A DNA stretch of 64,000 bases. It comes from Raillietiella orientalis. Taxonomy: Eukaryota. Of this stretch, positions 25,801 to 37,379 are shown piece after piece. Position 1 is the first letter of the stretch; each line of letters starts with the position of its first letter. The stretch spans positions 1,178,001-1,242,000 of the forward strand of contig JAYWIR010000036.1 of NCBI GenBank assembly GCA_036172245.1, read 5' to 3'. Made by a program: the position numbers and the translations under genes. The notes under the pieces were generated by a model. That model worked only from the letters and a program-made list of their open reading frames with translations, was not told the origin of the DNA and did no database searches.

Positions 25801-26400
25801 GAGGGCAAGGGGATCCATGGTCTAGAGCGTGGAACATCCTCTAGAACAACTTTCTCTCCTTGTTCGAACGCGGCCACCCACAGGTGGTTCTCTACGTCCC
25901 TCATGCTATGCAGAGCCGGGATCTTGCCTTTACGACCCCGTCACGTGTTCCCCCGTCTCCTTGGCGACGGGAGCGTCGCCGCGAGACTCCAAGCCGACGT
26001 CCTCCCTTCCTCCTCCTGGTGTCTGCCACCTCTGCTGCCTCCTTCACAGCTCACGACGCCAACAAAGCCGTGGGGGAACTCTGACCATACCACGTTGCAG
26101 CGCGCCAATAGAAAGTGGGGATCACCCTCCCGTTCGCCTCGTCGTTCCAGGCGCCAAACTGCATCAGCATCTCTGTGCTTCCGATGCCATTCCCAGCTTC
26201 CACTGCGCCAGTGCACGTCATTTACAGGTACCGCAAGTGGGGCGTCCGTGCAACTCCAGTGCCTCAAGGTAGCACATCGGTGCCACCGCCCACCAGAAGG
26301 TAGCACTGGATCTTCACCAGCAGGAGCAGCACCTTGGACTCTCCCTGCTCCTCGCGCGCCGGCATAGCGCGCGGCTCCGGCGACAGCTAGCGCACCCAAG
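22900..26400 (-). mobile_element. More decayed copy of the same L1/Tx1-like family (APE remnant, RT, C-terminal Cys region, 3' UTR)
   Basis: Minus strand reads MYKAFD, VATYADDMLFLL (YADD at 24607-24618), LPEHAAIWNTFVASILRPLLF (cf. LPERATVWNTFVVPLLRPLLF at ~34010) and LKHLLTD...SAMATRCCIRAIVTA. 3' terminal motif at ~22915-22945. The 5' limit is uncertain. Confidence 0.8.
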
Positions 26401-28599
26401 CCAACGGGTCCTCGGAGGTCGACGGCTCCGCCTGCCAGCATCCGCTCTCCCACATTAACAACGGAAGAACCTGCTGAGCTTCCGTGTGGCAGCCCTACCC
26501 GACGTGCGATGAAGCAGCGCCGTTCTTGAGCGCTTGAAGAACCAAAAAGGAAAGAAAATATGGCGCGAAAATGGAAGGCTGCGAACTGAATCAGGGTTTC
26601 ATCACCTTTGGTCCAGTAGCGACAAAATTCTCATGAATTCTCTATTGGCCTTCTACTGGAAGCATTGGCGCGTGGTCTCCCGACCTGGAAGCCGGAAAAC
26701 CAATTTCACACCTCCAATGGGAAAAGTCAGCTTCCCTGAAAAAACAAAAGATTCATGCGTAATCCAACAATCACCTAATGACATCTCTCCCATCTGATAG
26801 CAGATCACGTAGTCATAATCTTGACATGAAAACAATTATTAGTCGATCCACTAATCTCCTGATCCAGCTAACTCAACTAAAGTGGACCTCTCTTCCCGTC
26901 AAGAGTGACAGCTCTGAGGCACGCGGTTTCGGCTGAGGAACTGTGGGAGCAGCGGAGAATGCGTATTCCTTGAATCCACGCTGTCACGAGAGGGCGATGG
27001 CCTTATTTCCTGGAGCAAATTTCCAGGCGAGAGATAAACGGCGATTGATGTGGATGTCCAGTTGGTGCTGGACGCGGATATTTTGAGATTCTGCGAGTAA
27101 AAGCGCGTGTTCCTTCATGGATATTCGATGCTCCCCTGCTGGCTACAGAGGATCAGCGACGGAGCCTTTGGATTTGTAACTATGGAGCGAAAAAACGCCC
27201 TACTAGCAAAGCTGGAACAGTACTCAGGATCCGACGAGCAGGCGAGGAACTCCCCAAATGATGGGATCCTTGAATGGAGGCGGGAGATGTGGGACCGACT
27301 GCACGATGCCAGACGTGCAAAGAACAGAACGTGCAAACACATTTTATCACTAGCGGCTCAAGGCGGCAACGGAATTCTTCGCAAAAAGGAGAGCGAGATG
27401 CATCTTCATTTGACTTCCTTCTTTCCCTAGTTTATTGATGCCCTTGCGTTGCGCTCCTCGGTGAAGGACAGGAAGATGCCTTCTTCTTTCATGGAACCAT
27501 AGGCCTAATGACATCTGCCTGTGGGCTAGAGCACAAAGTCTTTGGCTCAATCTCTACAAAAGGGATTATGATTAAAAGCCAAAGAGCAAGTATGATTGCT
27601 GTCCCCATTTGAGGAGGATGTACGTGACCGGGGGAGACAAAGATGAACTTGCACTTTGGCAGACCGGGGTAAATGGTGGAAGGAGACAGCGTACGGGCAG
27701 AATTCCCACCGCTGAGGTGGGGGCATTAGGTGGAAAAAATATGAAAGTAGATGGGTGGCACCTAAAAACTGAATTTCACGCCCCACAGCAAATCGCTGGC
27801 AAACCTCCCACTTTTCCGTCCAAATTTGGGGCGCACCTTTGCAGCTTAGATCCCAGAAGAGGGAAGCCTCCTCCTCGCAACAAAAATGTCAACTTCAGCA
27901 GGGGGAGGTGGGTCTAAAAGAAATCTCGAAACGGGGCAATGAAACAAAGAGTCAATGCTGATAAGGGTGTCAAATCTGTACCGGGACCATGATTCCCTTC
28001 GGCAGCACAGAAGGATTTTGAAAGCATTCAAAAACGTCGGCTATCGAACAGAAGATAAAATTCACAGGACCACACGTCACGACTTCTGAGAAGTTAGGGA
28101 ATCTGGATCAGAGGGTGTCCTTCTGGAGAGAACTGGATGTCAGTAAAGCAACCAAACTCCTGAAGACTCCTAAAGTAGCGAGAGAGCTCCACCTTTACCA
28201 AAGAACGCACAGAGAGTCCAATAGCCGGGTGCTCGGCTCCGGACTCATCAGTCGTAAATGAGATCCTAACAACCAGAGGCCTTCCGATACTGGAAGCTGG
28301 AGATGTCCCCTCGTCGGCAGAGTGAAGCAGTAGCCAATATGATGGCCGTATCCTTCTCTTGAAGAGGATCGTTGACTTCATGACGAGCCTAATTGGTGGC
28401 AGGCCCGGGCGGGACGTTTCCGCTGGATGCTTGGGACCAAGAGTCCAGGTCTCTGACGAAAGGTGGAGAATTTCCAAGGAAGAGGAAGAAATCACGGGAT
28501 CCAAGAAATCCAAGAAAAGATCTAAGAAATCGTTTAGATCTAAGAAAAGGAGAAATGCAGGGCCGTCTTGAAGAGACACCCGGACACTGCCAACATCGA

Positions 28600-29080
28600 A
28601 TGTCTTGCAAGACCTGCATTTCGTTCTGTGGCTTCTCAATGGCGCACTCACGTGCATCTCGATGGAGTCTTCCGAGCTCAGGCTGACGACGGCTTGGGAA
28701 TGCCCCGATGTTGGGGATGCGTGGAAAAAAGGATGACATCCTCGCATTCGCAGTAGCTGCACATCCCCACCACTGGTGATGCCAACTTCCCGTTACCGCT
28801 GCCAAGACCGCTTGTTTATGTTTTCGGCCATCTATTCTTCGTGCTTTGTGAGACCCGTTGAATGCATTCAAAATGCTCATTCCGCATTGGTTTCTCCAAA
28901 GCGGTCAAACTCCGAGGGTAGCTCGTCCAAATTGTGGCGTTATCCACGGAATTTCCAAAGAATCCTGCTGCTCCGAGTCTTCCAGCGCACTCCCTGAAGC
29001 CGGGGTTTGGGCCACTTTTGTGTGAGGAAACTTCGACCGCTACCAAGGGATGTGAGTAGCCGAAAGAACTGAGTCCCTCA
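28600..29080 (-). mobile_element. Ty3/gypsy-like pol remnant (RNase H end plus integrase HHCC zinc finger)
   Basis: Minus-strand motifs in the expected order: SHPLVAV...RECAG (cf. HPIAYASR...ERECLA), DGRKHKQAVL (cf. PGRKH.NADAL) and FHASPTSGH-x27-CRSC (H-x6-H-x27-C-x2-C). Confidence 0.55.
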
Positions 29081-29199
29081 CTCGTCGGATGAACGGCTGG
29101 AAATTCTTTGGGGTTCTTCCTCTCAGCTTTCCTGACCCTCCTTCCCCCCATTTTTCGTTCTCTAGGAATGCTGAGGAGTCGCTCGTCTCCTCAGAGAGG

Positions 29200-29730
29200 G
29201 GAGGTCTCACGAAACTTTAAGAACCGTCCAGGTCACCCCGAAGGTGAGTGTGACTCTTGAAGTTATAGGGACTACCCTAGGAGGAGACCACCCTATAAGT
29301 TCAAGAAGACACCAGAGGAAGACGTCCGCTGCTTTCACGCTTGGTAGGGGGGAGACCCCTAATTTCTTTTCCAAAGAGAACCCGGAAAGGATCCTCTCCT
29401 AGAATTTCTTCTCCGAAGGGACCCCAGGCTAGGGATCCACTTCTTGTTTCCTCTGACTGAAGAGAACTCCGAAGGTACGCTTCCCCATTTCTCTGAAGGG
29501 AGCAGAGCGTTTCTTGCACACTGGAGAGGCAACCCCCGAGAGGAGTGTCAACCAACTCCACGGTACGCGATGGGGAGTTTCCCCGAGATAAAGGACGGCT
29601 ATATTCTCACAACCGAAGGGGAACTCCGAGGGCCTTCGATATCCTGGAGGGACCTCGGAGGGTCCGCTTCCGATCCCTGTTAGTCAGCGAGGTCATCCGG
29701 TGTTCACCGGTGCTGCACCCGACCGACGCC
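29200..29730 (-). mobile_element. tRNA-derived SINE, copy D (body; head absent or strongly decayed)
   Basis: GAAGAGAACTCCGAAGGTACGCTTCCCCATTTCTCTGAAGGG (29460) matches GAAGAGAACCCCGAAGGGACGCTTCCCAATTTCTCTGAAGGG (57141). Confidence 0.8.
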
Positions 29731-30496
29731 GCACGGACGTGTTTTCCGTTAGCTCCGCAGGTGGTACTTTTCTCTATTGAGTGGTTCGCGTAGATTCGGT
29801 GGTGGCGCAGACGGCGATGCCTGACATCACCACCAATGAAGGCTAGGGGGAGATGCCCGCATCTCCCCCTGAGGTTATGGAGGTGGGGGCGTCCGCCCCC
29901 ACCGAGTCGTCCCTTGCGCCAGTGAAGGCGTGGAAAGCCGTGGCCACGGCCCTGTCGCCGGCAGCCATGGCTGAACAGAAGGCCTACATTGAGGAGGGCT
30001 ACAACCCCGTACTCCCTTACAAGGTAGGTAACTTGTACAGTCCGGAGGGCGCCTCCGCCTTCTCGAGGGCAATGTACGTTCACGGCGTCAAACAAGAGGA
30101 CCTTCTCGTGATGACCATTCGGAGCGGGGGCGAACGGTCTGCAAGCAGGCAGACCTTGCCCAACGATTGCTGAGGTCCCCGTTGCGATGGGCAGCAGGAG
30201 GCTCCTCTCGGTCACGATGGACCTCTCGATAGTAGTCCACCTTCTGGGAATAACGTTGTGGATGACCAAGGAGGCCGTCCTTAACGAACTTGCCAAATAT
30301 GGCACGGTCCACGCGCTGTGGACGAAGCCCCCCCGTTCGTGGAACACCGCGAACTTCGGGGGGGCTCGCGGCAGCGCGAATCACCGTGCGCGAGGGCTGT
30401 GGGTTACCCCATAAGCTACAGGTCGCCGGGGAACCGGTAGACCTGTGGTACGTGGGGAAACCCAAATATTGCGAGCACTGCAACGCTTCACGTAAC

Positions 30497-30712
30497 CTCA
30501 TAAAGTTTTTTATAGCAGTTATTTATTATTAATATATAATATATTACCTTTTAATTAGAAATGCTACAATTAATTAATTGGGGGAGTTGTATTCCTAAAA
30601 TATTTTTAATGTTAATAAAGTGAATTTAGAATTTATTTATCTTAAAAATAAGAAATAGTTTAACAAAATATTTTGTTTACATCAAAAAGGAAAATTTCTT
30701 ATTTTAAGTTTA
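30497..30712 (+). other. Very AT-rich insert, probably mitochondrial-derived (NUMT), interrupting LINE ORF1
   Basis: Abrupt switch from GC-rich ORF1 to almost pure A/T and back; contains a mitochondrial-type tRNA-Val fold. Confidence 0.65.
30649..30702 (+). tRNA. trnV: Mitochondrial-type T-armless tRNA-Val(TAC), nuclear copy
   Basis: Acceptor stem TAAGAAA/TTTCTTA (7 perfect pairs), TA connector, D-arm GTTT-AACA-AAAT, anticodon stem TTTTG/CAAAA with loop TT-TAC-AT (anticodon 30678-30680), and a 7-nt TV-replacement loop AGGAAAA. Confidence 0.75.
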
Positions 30713-31828
30713 GCAGTGCCACACCATGGGGCACATCATTGCGGTGTGCCCGCAAAGTGTCGTCCGCGTCGCGTCCGCTCGGAATGAGAGAAAGCGCGCG
30801 GTTAAGAAGATGAAAAAATAGCCTGCGAAAGCCTCCAAACAAACCGCTACCTCCGCGTCACCAGCCGAGGCTGCCGTATCGACCTCAGCCGCAAGTGCTG
30901 AAAAGGTCGAGGGGGACAGCCAGGACGGATGGCAGGTAGTTACCAATAAAACAAGCCTGAAAAAGGTTGACAAACAGAAGCAGATCGCGACACGCAGCGG
31001 AACTCCGCTGCGTCGCGAAAAAACCAAGAGCTGCCGCGTGACCCTTGACCGCATCCCCGCGATTGACCAGTGCGGCGCCACTGAACTCACCGCTGCCGAA
31101 CCACCTTCCGAAAAAACAAAGGAGGGGAGCGCGGCGGCGCCGTCCGTCGGGAACGACGTACCCCTAGAAGGATCGGTTGTTGAGGATCGGTCGCGCTACC
31201 ACCGCCCTCCCAAGCCCCGAAAAAGGGCTTGCGGCGTCGGGCCTCTACGAAGGGGTCCGAGATCTCGGACTCTAACGCAGAAGCCGGGAAAGCATATTCC
31301 GCCGCGGAAGCACCTTGCCGGAAGTCTGGATGCCAGTCCAAGACTCGTCGGAGGCACATCCCCCCCGTCGAAGTTTGCCTCCTGCAGCGAGGGCGCGATG
31401 AGCGTGGGCACTCGGGACTCGTCACTCGAGAACGTCTCACGCCCCGCCACGGAGGAGATGGAGGGGGTGGAATCCGTTCAGGTACCTCAGGTGTCCACCG
31501 TCCCCGAAACCCTGCCACCCGCTCAGGTGGCGGGGCCGACACGTCGCTTTCCCAGCAGTAATGCTGGGACTCGCCTCTCGACGTCGTCTGTGGATCGCCT
31601 GTTGGAATGTCAACAGGCTATGCAACGATGGCAAGAGGTGGGGCGTGGCCGACACCCTGCGATCCTTCGATTTTGCAGGAGATACACGTCATCTCCGCAG
31701 CACAAGCGCAGGAGATCGAGAGGATCTCGGGAAGGCGGCTGCTATGACGATGCGGCACCTCGCAATGCTGAAGGGTCGCCTACCTGCTTCAGTCAGCGGC
31801 GTTCGATTGCGTAAACCAAAGACTCCTA

Positions 31829-32520
31829 TTGGAGCTCTTGGAACGACTCGGTCTCCCGGCGCAACTCTTGAATTACTTGCGCGCTTGCTGGCGCCACGCG
31901 CTAACCTGCATTTCTTTCAGCGGCTGCCACGTGTACGGTATTCCTGTGCGCAGGAGAATCAGGCAGTGCGACAGTTTACGCCCGTTGCTCTTCAGCATCT
32001 TCTTTGAGTTGGTGCTGAGGGCGTACAGGCTGACGCTGGAGTACCAGCCTAGCTCATGCCCGGGAACGCCTGCCGTGGCTGCCTATGCAGATGACCTGCT
32101 TCTTCTGCTCCCCATGTCCACCCTGGCGTCCAGGGTCGAAGATTTCTTCGACTTGATCAGTCGGGGAGCTGGCGTGAGCGTGAACAGAGAGAAGAGCTTG
32201 GTCGTTCCTGTGGGTGCGTCGTGGGAGGGGCAGTCCAACTGGATCCGCCTGGGGATCCCCACGACAGGTTACTTCAAGTACCTTGGCGTTCCGCTGGGCG
32301 ACCTCGGGGCTGCCGAGGTGTGTTCGGACTGCCTTCATAGGGCAGAGTTGGCCGCCAGTCCGTTCATACCGGCAAGTTTACCTTGCCGGAACGGGCAGCT
32401 ATTTGGAACACTTTCGTGGCCCCCCTCCTCCGACCCCCGTTTTTTGTCTTGGACCCCCCTACGCGGCCAAAGAGAGGGCAAAACGCCTACTAAGGAACGC
32501 TTTCTGGGGTCCGGCGCGAT
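31829..32520 (+). pseudogene. RT segment 1 (C-terminal half of the RT core) of the L1/Tx1-like element
   Basis: IRQCDSLRPLLFSIFFE...AAYADDLLLL (YADD at 32084-32095)...VNREKS...FKYLGVPLG; frameshifted after ~32390. Confidence 0.9.
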
Positions 32521-32629
32521 CCAGGATCCACCTGAAAGACCTGACGGCTCCACGTCGGGATGTCGGTCTTGGCATCCTGACGATGGAGCGGATCGGACTG
32601 CAAGGGCAGTTCCGGATGTCCGACGGTGT

Positions 32630-34070
32630 CCGCAACGAGAGGGCGTACCTATGCGCCCAACGCTACAGCAGAACACCCAATATCCGGAAGCTGGCAGAAT
32701 CCAAAGAGGGAGTCGAGAGGCAAGTCTGGCATTCCGGGTCGGCCAGCCTGCTGGACGACGAGGGTCAGGAACACTCGGCTCCCGCTCAAGTAAGAGGCAT
32801 CATACGCAAGTTCCTCTCCTCTTTGTACGCGATAGCACCTCCTGACCGAGATTTCGAAAGATTCTTGCTTCCGGAAGGTGCGCCAGCGATCGGCGAGGAC
32901 CTCAGGAGAAGCCTCGACGAGCTTTTCACGATGGGCGACATCATCACCGCCATCGGAAAGCTCAAGAGGCACAAGGTTCCAGGGGAGGACGGCCTTCCCG
33001 CAGAGTTTTTCCAATGCTTCGCGGAGGAGCTGACCCCCCTGATACAAAAATTGACCCTGCTGATACGCGAAACAGGCGAGTTCCCGCCTCGTTTCGTTCA
33101 GCACGGGTACGGCTCCTTCCCAAAGGAGACCTACGGAGCATAAACAACTGGCGGCCGATTACCGTAGTAAACGCGGAAGCCAAGTTGCTAGAGAAACTGT
33201 GGGCCGAGCGGCAGGGGCGGGTGGCAGAAAGCTTCATTAGCCCGGAGCAGTCGTATGCTGTTCCCGGGAGGAGCATGGACGCCAACCTGCTTTGCCCTAG
33301 CACCTGGTTCGCGCTCCAACAGGGAAGGCAGATGGGCAACCGGAATTCCGGAACGTCTTCGGCCAGGGATCCGAAGGTCGGGCGGGAGTGGCAGCCCTTG
33401 CGGTCGCAGTCGACCTGCACAAGGCATTCGACCAGGCGCTCATTCTAAAGCTGCTGGAACTCCTGGACTTTCCGGCCTGATTATCGGCCTATCTGCGCTT
33501 CAGCTGGCGCCACGCGCTCATCAATATCTCTTTCAGCAGGCAGACGGTGCACGGTGTGCCGTGAGACGCAGTATACGTCAGGGCGACAGCCTGAGCCCCC
33601 TGCTCTTTAGCACCTATTTCGAATTGGTGCTGAGATCATGCAGGGAGACTCTGGCTCTCCACCCGCGCGTATGTCCCGGCACGCCTGCCGTCTCAGAAGA
33701 CGCGGACGACCTTCTGCTGCTGCTCCCCATGTCTACCGCGGCATGCGCACTCGAAGGTTTCTTCGAGCTGCTCGGTCGTGGAACGGGCCTGGTGGTGAAT
33801 AAGGCGAAGTCGTCTGTGGTTTCCGTTGGCGCGCCGTGGGCAGGACTGCCGGACTGGATTCGCCTGGGGATACCCACAGGCCGGTAATTAAAGTACCTGG
33901 GCGTTCTGTTGAGGGACTTTTGCCCCTCAGAAGCCTGGTCTGGCCGTCTTCAGAAAGCACTGCAGGCGCTCGGATCGTTCCAACGAGGCAGGTTCTCTCT
34001 GCCGGAGCGGGCCACGGTATGGAACACGTTTGTGGTTCCCCTCCTTCGTCCCTTGCTTTTTGTTTGCCCA
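32630..34070 (+). pseudogene. RT segment 2 (pre-RT linker plus complete RT core, frameshifted)
   Basis: IRKFLSSLY...KVPGEDGLPAEFF...NWRPITVVNAEAKLL...RQGDSLSPLLF...EDADDLLLL (33699-33710)...KYLGV...ERATVWNTFVVPLL. Confidence 0.9.
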
Positions 34071-34319
34071 CCCCCATGCAGCATTATGCATCATCCTTTT
34101 TGACTGAAGTTTTTTTTTTGGTTTGTTTTTCTCTTTTTGTTTGTCTTCCCTTCCCTCGTGCTGTCGAGGTGCACCCTGCTGGCCTGCATGCCATATCCCG
34201 GCAGGCTCCTTCTCGTATTCATAAGTAAAGTGGCAGGATCAAACGTCCTACCACAGATGTGGATGTTTATTTTAGAGATAAACGCCCCGGTGCGACCAAT
34301 TGTCAATCAGTTCAGCCAA

Positions 34320-34480
34320 ACCCGAAGTCCGTGGGCCAACCAGGGCCATCCTGCGGGGGAGGGAAATGAAACCCTCGACGCACCCCCTATCCTCTCTATT
34401 CTCCCGGGCAGGATTCGAACCTGCGAATCGAGAAGGAATCAGCAGATGCCTACCCACGACCGAGCCGTGCACTTCGCTTT
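34320..34480 (-). mobile_element. tRNA-derived SINE, copy G (head only)
   Basis: Reverse complement GCAGGTTCGAATCCTGCCCGGGAGAAT...GGGGTGCGTCGAGGGTTTC...CCGCAGGATG aligns to the 5' part of copies B and F. Confidence 0.7.
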
Positions 34481-34599
34481 CCTGCCGAGGTTTCGCCCAA
34501 ACGGAAGCGCTCCCGGAAGCGTCCTGTTCGCTTCCGGTGGGGTCGGCACCGGGATACTCTCTGCGTTCCCAAAGCCTCCTGCAAGCGAAATTCACCGCA

Positions 34600-35750
34600 A
34601 TCAAGACCCGGGCGGACCGTTCCCGATCCCGGAAAACATTCGGCTCCTTGGCAGTCCTTTGTCCATCGATCGCGAGCCATCTAACAGGTGCAGCGACCGA
34701 ACTTCCTGTTGGTTTTCCTTCTTACTCCTGAAGATGAAGACCGCCTTGGCAGGGAACCTTTCTTGGCGGACTCCAGGCGGAATCCGGAAGAGTCTCGGGA
34801 AGGAGCCGGATAGCAAACGGTCTCGCTCTTTCATCCCAGGTTTCCTGCGGATCTTTCGTTCGAGTCTCAGGATTCACGCCGCATGGTCACTGCGATGGGT
34901 CCTCCTCGAAAGTGCTGCTGGGAATCATCCGGGAGCCAAAACGATTCAAGTAGCTTCGTTTCCAAGCCCTCTCCCTTCCCTGCGAATCAAGGGGACCTTG
35001 TCTCCATGCGTTCACCAACCGACCTGCATGCAGATGACCACAAAACTTCGTCGCTGGATCCCGATCTTCCGAAGGGCGTAGCTTTCTGTCGAGCCACCTC
35101 CCTCCATCGAGCAGGAGAGAGCAGGGATTCTTGTCCTCGCCCACCACCACTCCATTCAAAACCCACTGCTACTAGGTGGATCCTCAGGGGCGTTGGTCCG
35201 ATTTGACGGAACCCCGAAATCCTCTCCCAAAGAACGCACTTTGTCCGCGAGGGATGTCTCCTCCCCCTACCTTTGCTCCAGGAGGACTTCTGGAGACCGC
35301 TTCCCGTGGCTCGCTCGGAAGGCTCTCCAGCGTGGACACCTAGGCAAGGATGCCGGAGCTGCCCCAAGGTCAGTCGCAAGGCGGCTCGAGTCCTTCCCAC
35401 CAGCTGACTTCTGGCTGAGGCGCCCTACGAGCCACTCCCGTTGCGGGAGGGAGCGCGATCGGACCGAACGCCTCAGGCGAAACACTTTTCCCTCGTTCAC
35501 GCTGGAATCTCGGATCCAGTGTGGGGAGCGGCTTTTCACCACTCTGCACACAGAGAGACGTGCCCGAGGGTCCGCTGATCCAGGAAAGGAAGGACCCTGA
35601 TCAACGAAGGATCGAGTAACCTTTCCTTCTCCTGGAGGCTTGGAGAACCCAGCAACACGGAACCCGACAGGTCTCCTGGGGCAGATGAAGAGGATAGCCG
35701 AGTCTGCTCTCCTGGTTCCGAAGAGCGCGCCAGACATGCATGGACGAAGC
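34600..35750 (-). mobile_element. Possible DIRS-like RT/RNase H remnant
   Basis: GHLHAGRLVNA (cf. HIPGRLNVLAD) and SG...SWS motifs; heavily frameshifted. Confidence 0.3.
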
Positions 35751-35769
35751 GTCCCGATTCCGAAACCTT

Positions 35770-37045
35770 GCGAAACGAGCTTCAGGAAATGTGGGAGAAT
35801 GTAGAGCGCGGGATCGCTAATCCCCCCTCCCTCCCTCTGGAGAGGAAAGAAAACAGCTGGTTCTGGGATCTGACCGATCGAGGTTGTCGCTCACACTGGA
35901 AGAACTGCGACCTACTCCTCTCTTCCTCCTCCTCCATCATCCGGCCTGGCCTCGAAGTCCATGATGCACTAGGAGCGGCGGGATCCTCACTCCATCCCAC
36001 ATCCCGAGAGAGAAATCCTGCCGAGGTGGAAGAACTGGATTGCCACCGTGGAAGTGGCTTCATTCTCCTGACAACTCCGCTTTGCAACCCTATTAGAGAT
36101 GAGCTGCAGGACCAAAATAAGTTGCCCCATCTAGACGCCACGCATTTTGCCGCAGAGCTGTCTGCCCTCGGTACAAGCAGTGACAGTTGCCAACCAGCAG
36201 GGTAGGCGCTCCTGTGCATCGTTGAAGGAGCGACCAAACTCCTGGGCGCCTGGAAGGCGAGAGAGCTGGAGGATGCCGCTACTCCTCATTCCCTGAGGAA
36301 GGGACTGCTTTGGTGTCCCCCCCTCCCCCGAAGAACTCGTGGTCCCTCTCTGTGCTTAGACAATTCAATGTTTCCTCTGCCCTGGAAATAGGATGTCCTT
36401 CTGTTTCTGCACTGGGGCGTCCCATGTAACCAGCATAGGCACCCGGGGAGAGTTGCGTCCCCGAGCTGCTATTCAAGGTGCAGGGAGTTGGAATCGTTCC
36501 AGCACCTCTTGCTGGACCTGTGATACCTTCCGAGAACTGTGGCGGAGACTGACTTTAGAACTCCCCACTTCCGGAGGACACCGCCCATGACTTGCTGCAG
36601 CAATTCTTCGCGGGAGGTAGAGTTCACAACGGGCGCCGTCCTCGCGGCGATGCGTTGCGTCCGCGCCGTCGTCACGGCCCACTGCGTGCTGGGGTCTCAG
36701 GCACTGCAAAGGGAGGTGCCTACTTCAGGAGGGCTGCGGGGTAGCCTCGCCTGCAAGAAGTCACCAGCAAGTTCTCTGGCATTCTGCGTCGGTTGCAAGC
36801 CCAGCTAACGGCCTCATTCCACCCTTGCTATGCTTTCTCATTTATTCATCGCCCTCTTCGACCTCGGCCCTCTCGCTCCGGACTATCCCAGCAACCTACC
36901 TACGTATCGGCGAACCCTCCCCCAAAACTGATCATTCGCTCATTCTACCTCCGAACCGATTCCGGCTGGTCAATTTCCTCTCCAGGTAAACGACACTAGG
37001 GAATTTTGTGATTCTTAAAACCCTGGAGGACTGCTGAAATGACCA
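35770..37045 (+). mobile_element. 5'-truncated copy of the L1/Tx1-like family (ORF2 C-terminus plus 3' UTR)
   Basis: SRCRELESFQHLLLD..ELWRR...TGAVLAAMRCVRAVVTAH; terminal motif AAAACCCTGGAGGACTGCTGAAATG at ~37017-37041. Confidence 0.7.
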
Positions 37046-37379
37046 CGAGCTAATCGGAGCTCAGAAATTTCTGGGGGGGTTTCTTCGTTTCTTTCCCGGT
37101 AGAAAAGCAAAGTAGGTTCCCTTTTTAATTCTCGTTTAGAACAGCGGCCAGAAATAAAGGGTGGCGGCTTCTCCTGGACCGACCCTTTCATCGCTACCCT
37201 ATTTTTTTGTTGGGATCCTTTCTGACGTACTCGCTTGAGTGGGAGGAAGAAAGGAATCTTCTATCTTGCAGTCACTGGGGGCTTGCGCCGGAATTTAGTA
37301 GGGTCTCAAGCACGTTCCATCCGATCTTCTAACTGCCCCCTGTTCCATAGTTCCTTTTCCGGGACAAAGAAGGACCTTT

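Larger units (their letters stand above)
29853..34310 (+). mobile_element. Rearranged, decayed L1/Tx1-like non-LTR retrotransposon (ORF1, APE start, two RT segments, 3' UTR)
   Basis: ORF1 pieces VVHLLGITLWMTKEAVLNELAKYGTV and WYVGKPKYCEHC...QCHTMGHIIAVCP (RRM-like plus CCHC knuckles). APE start IACWNVNRL...KR and LQEIH at ~31590-31690. RT motifs PGEDGLPAEFF, LLPKGDLRSINNWRPITVVN, DLHKAFD, RQGDSLSPLLF, YADD, KYLGV. Many frameshifts. Confidence 0.92.

Noticed and set aside
25369..26367. 332-aa plus-strand ORF
   Set aside because: Antisense shadow of the decayed minus-strand LINE; no protein-like features.
27040..27430. Protein-like 107-aa ORF
   Set aside because: No motif I can identify and no supporting splice structure.
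30492..30716. AT-rich insert as a spliceosomal intron (GTAACC...TAG/CAG) or a CACTG...CAGTG TIR element
   Set aside because: Splicing at these sites does not restore the ORF1 frame. The CACTGC/GCAGTG match coincides with His/Gln-Cys codons of the knuckles and does not extend.
31829..34070. Tandem RTs as a prokaryotic retron, DGR or defence RT system
   Set aside because: Motifs (PG.DGLP.EF, NWRPI, RQGD.LSPLLF, APE start, CCHC ORF1) are those of eukaryotic non-LTR retrotransposons, and both copies are frameshifted.
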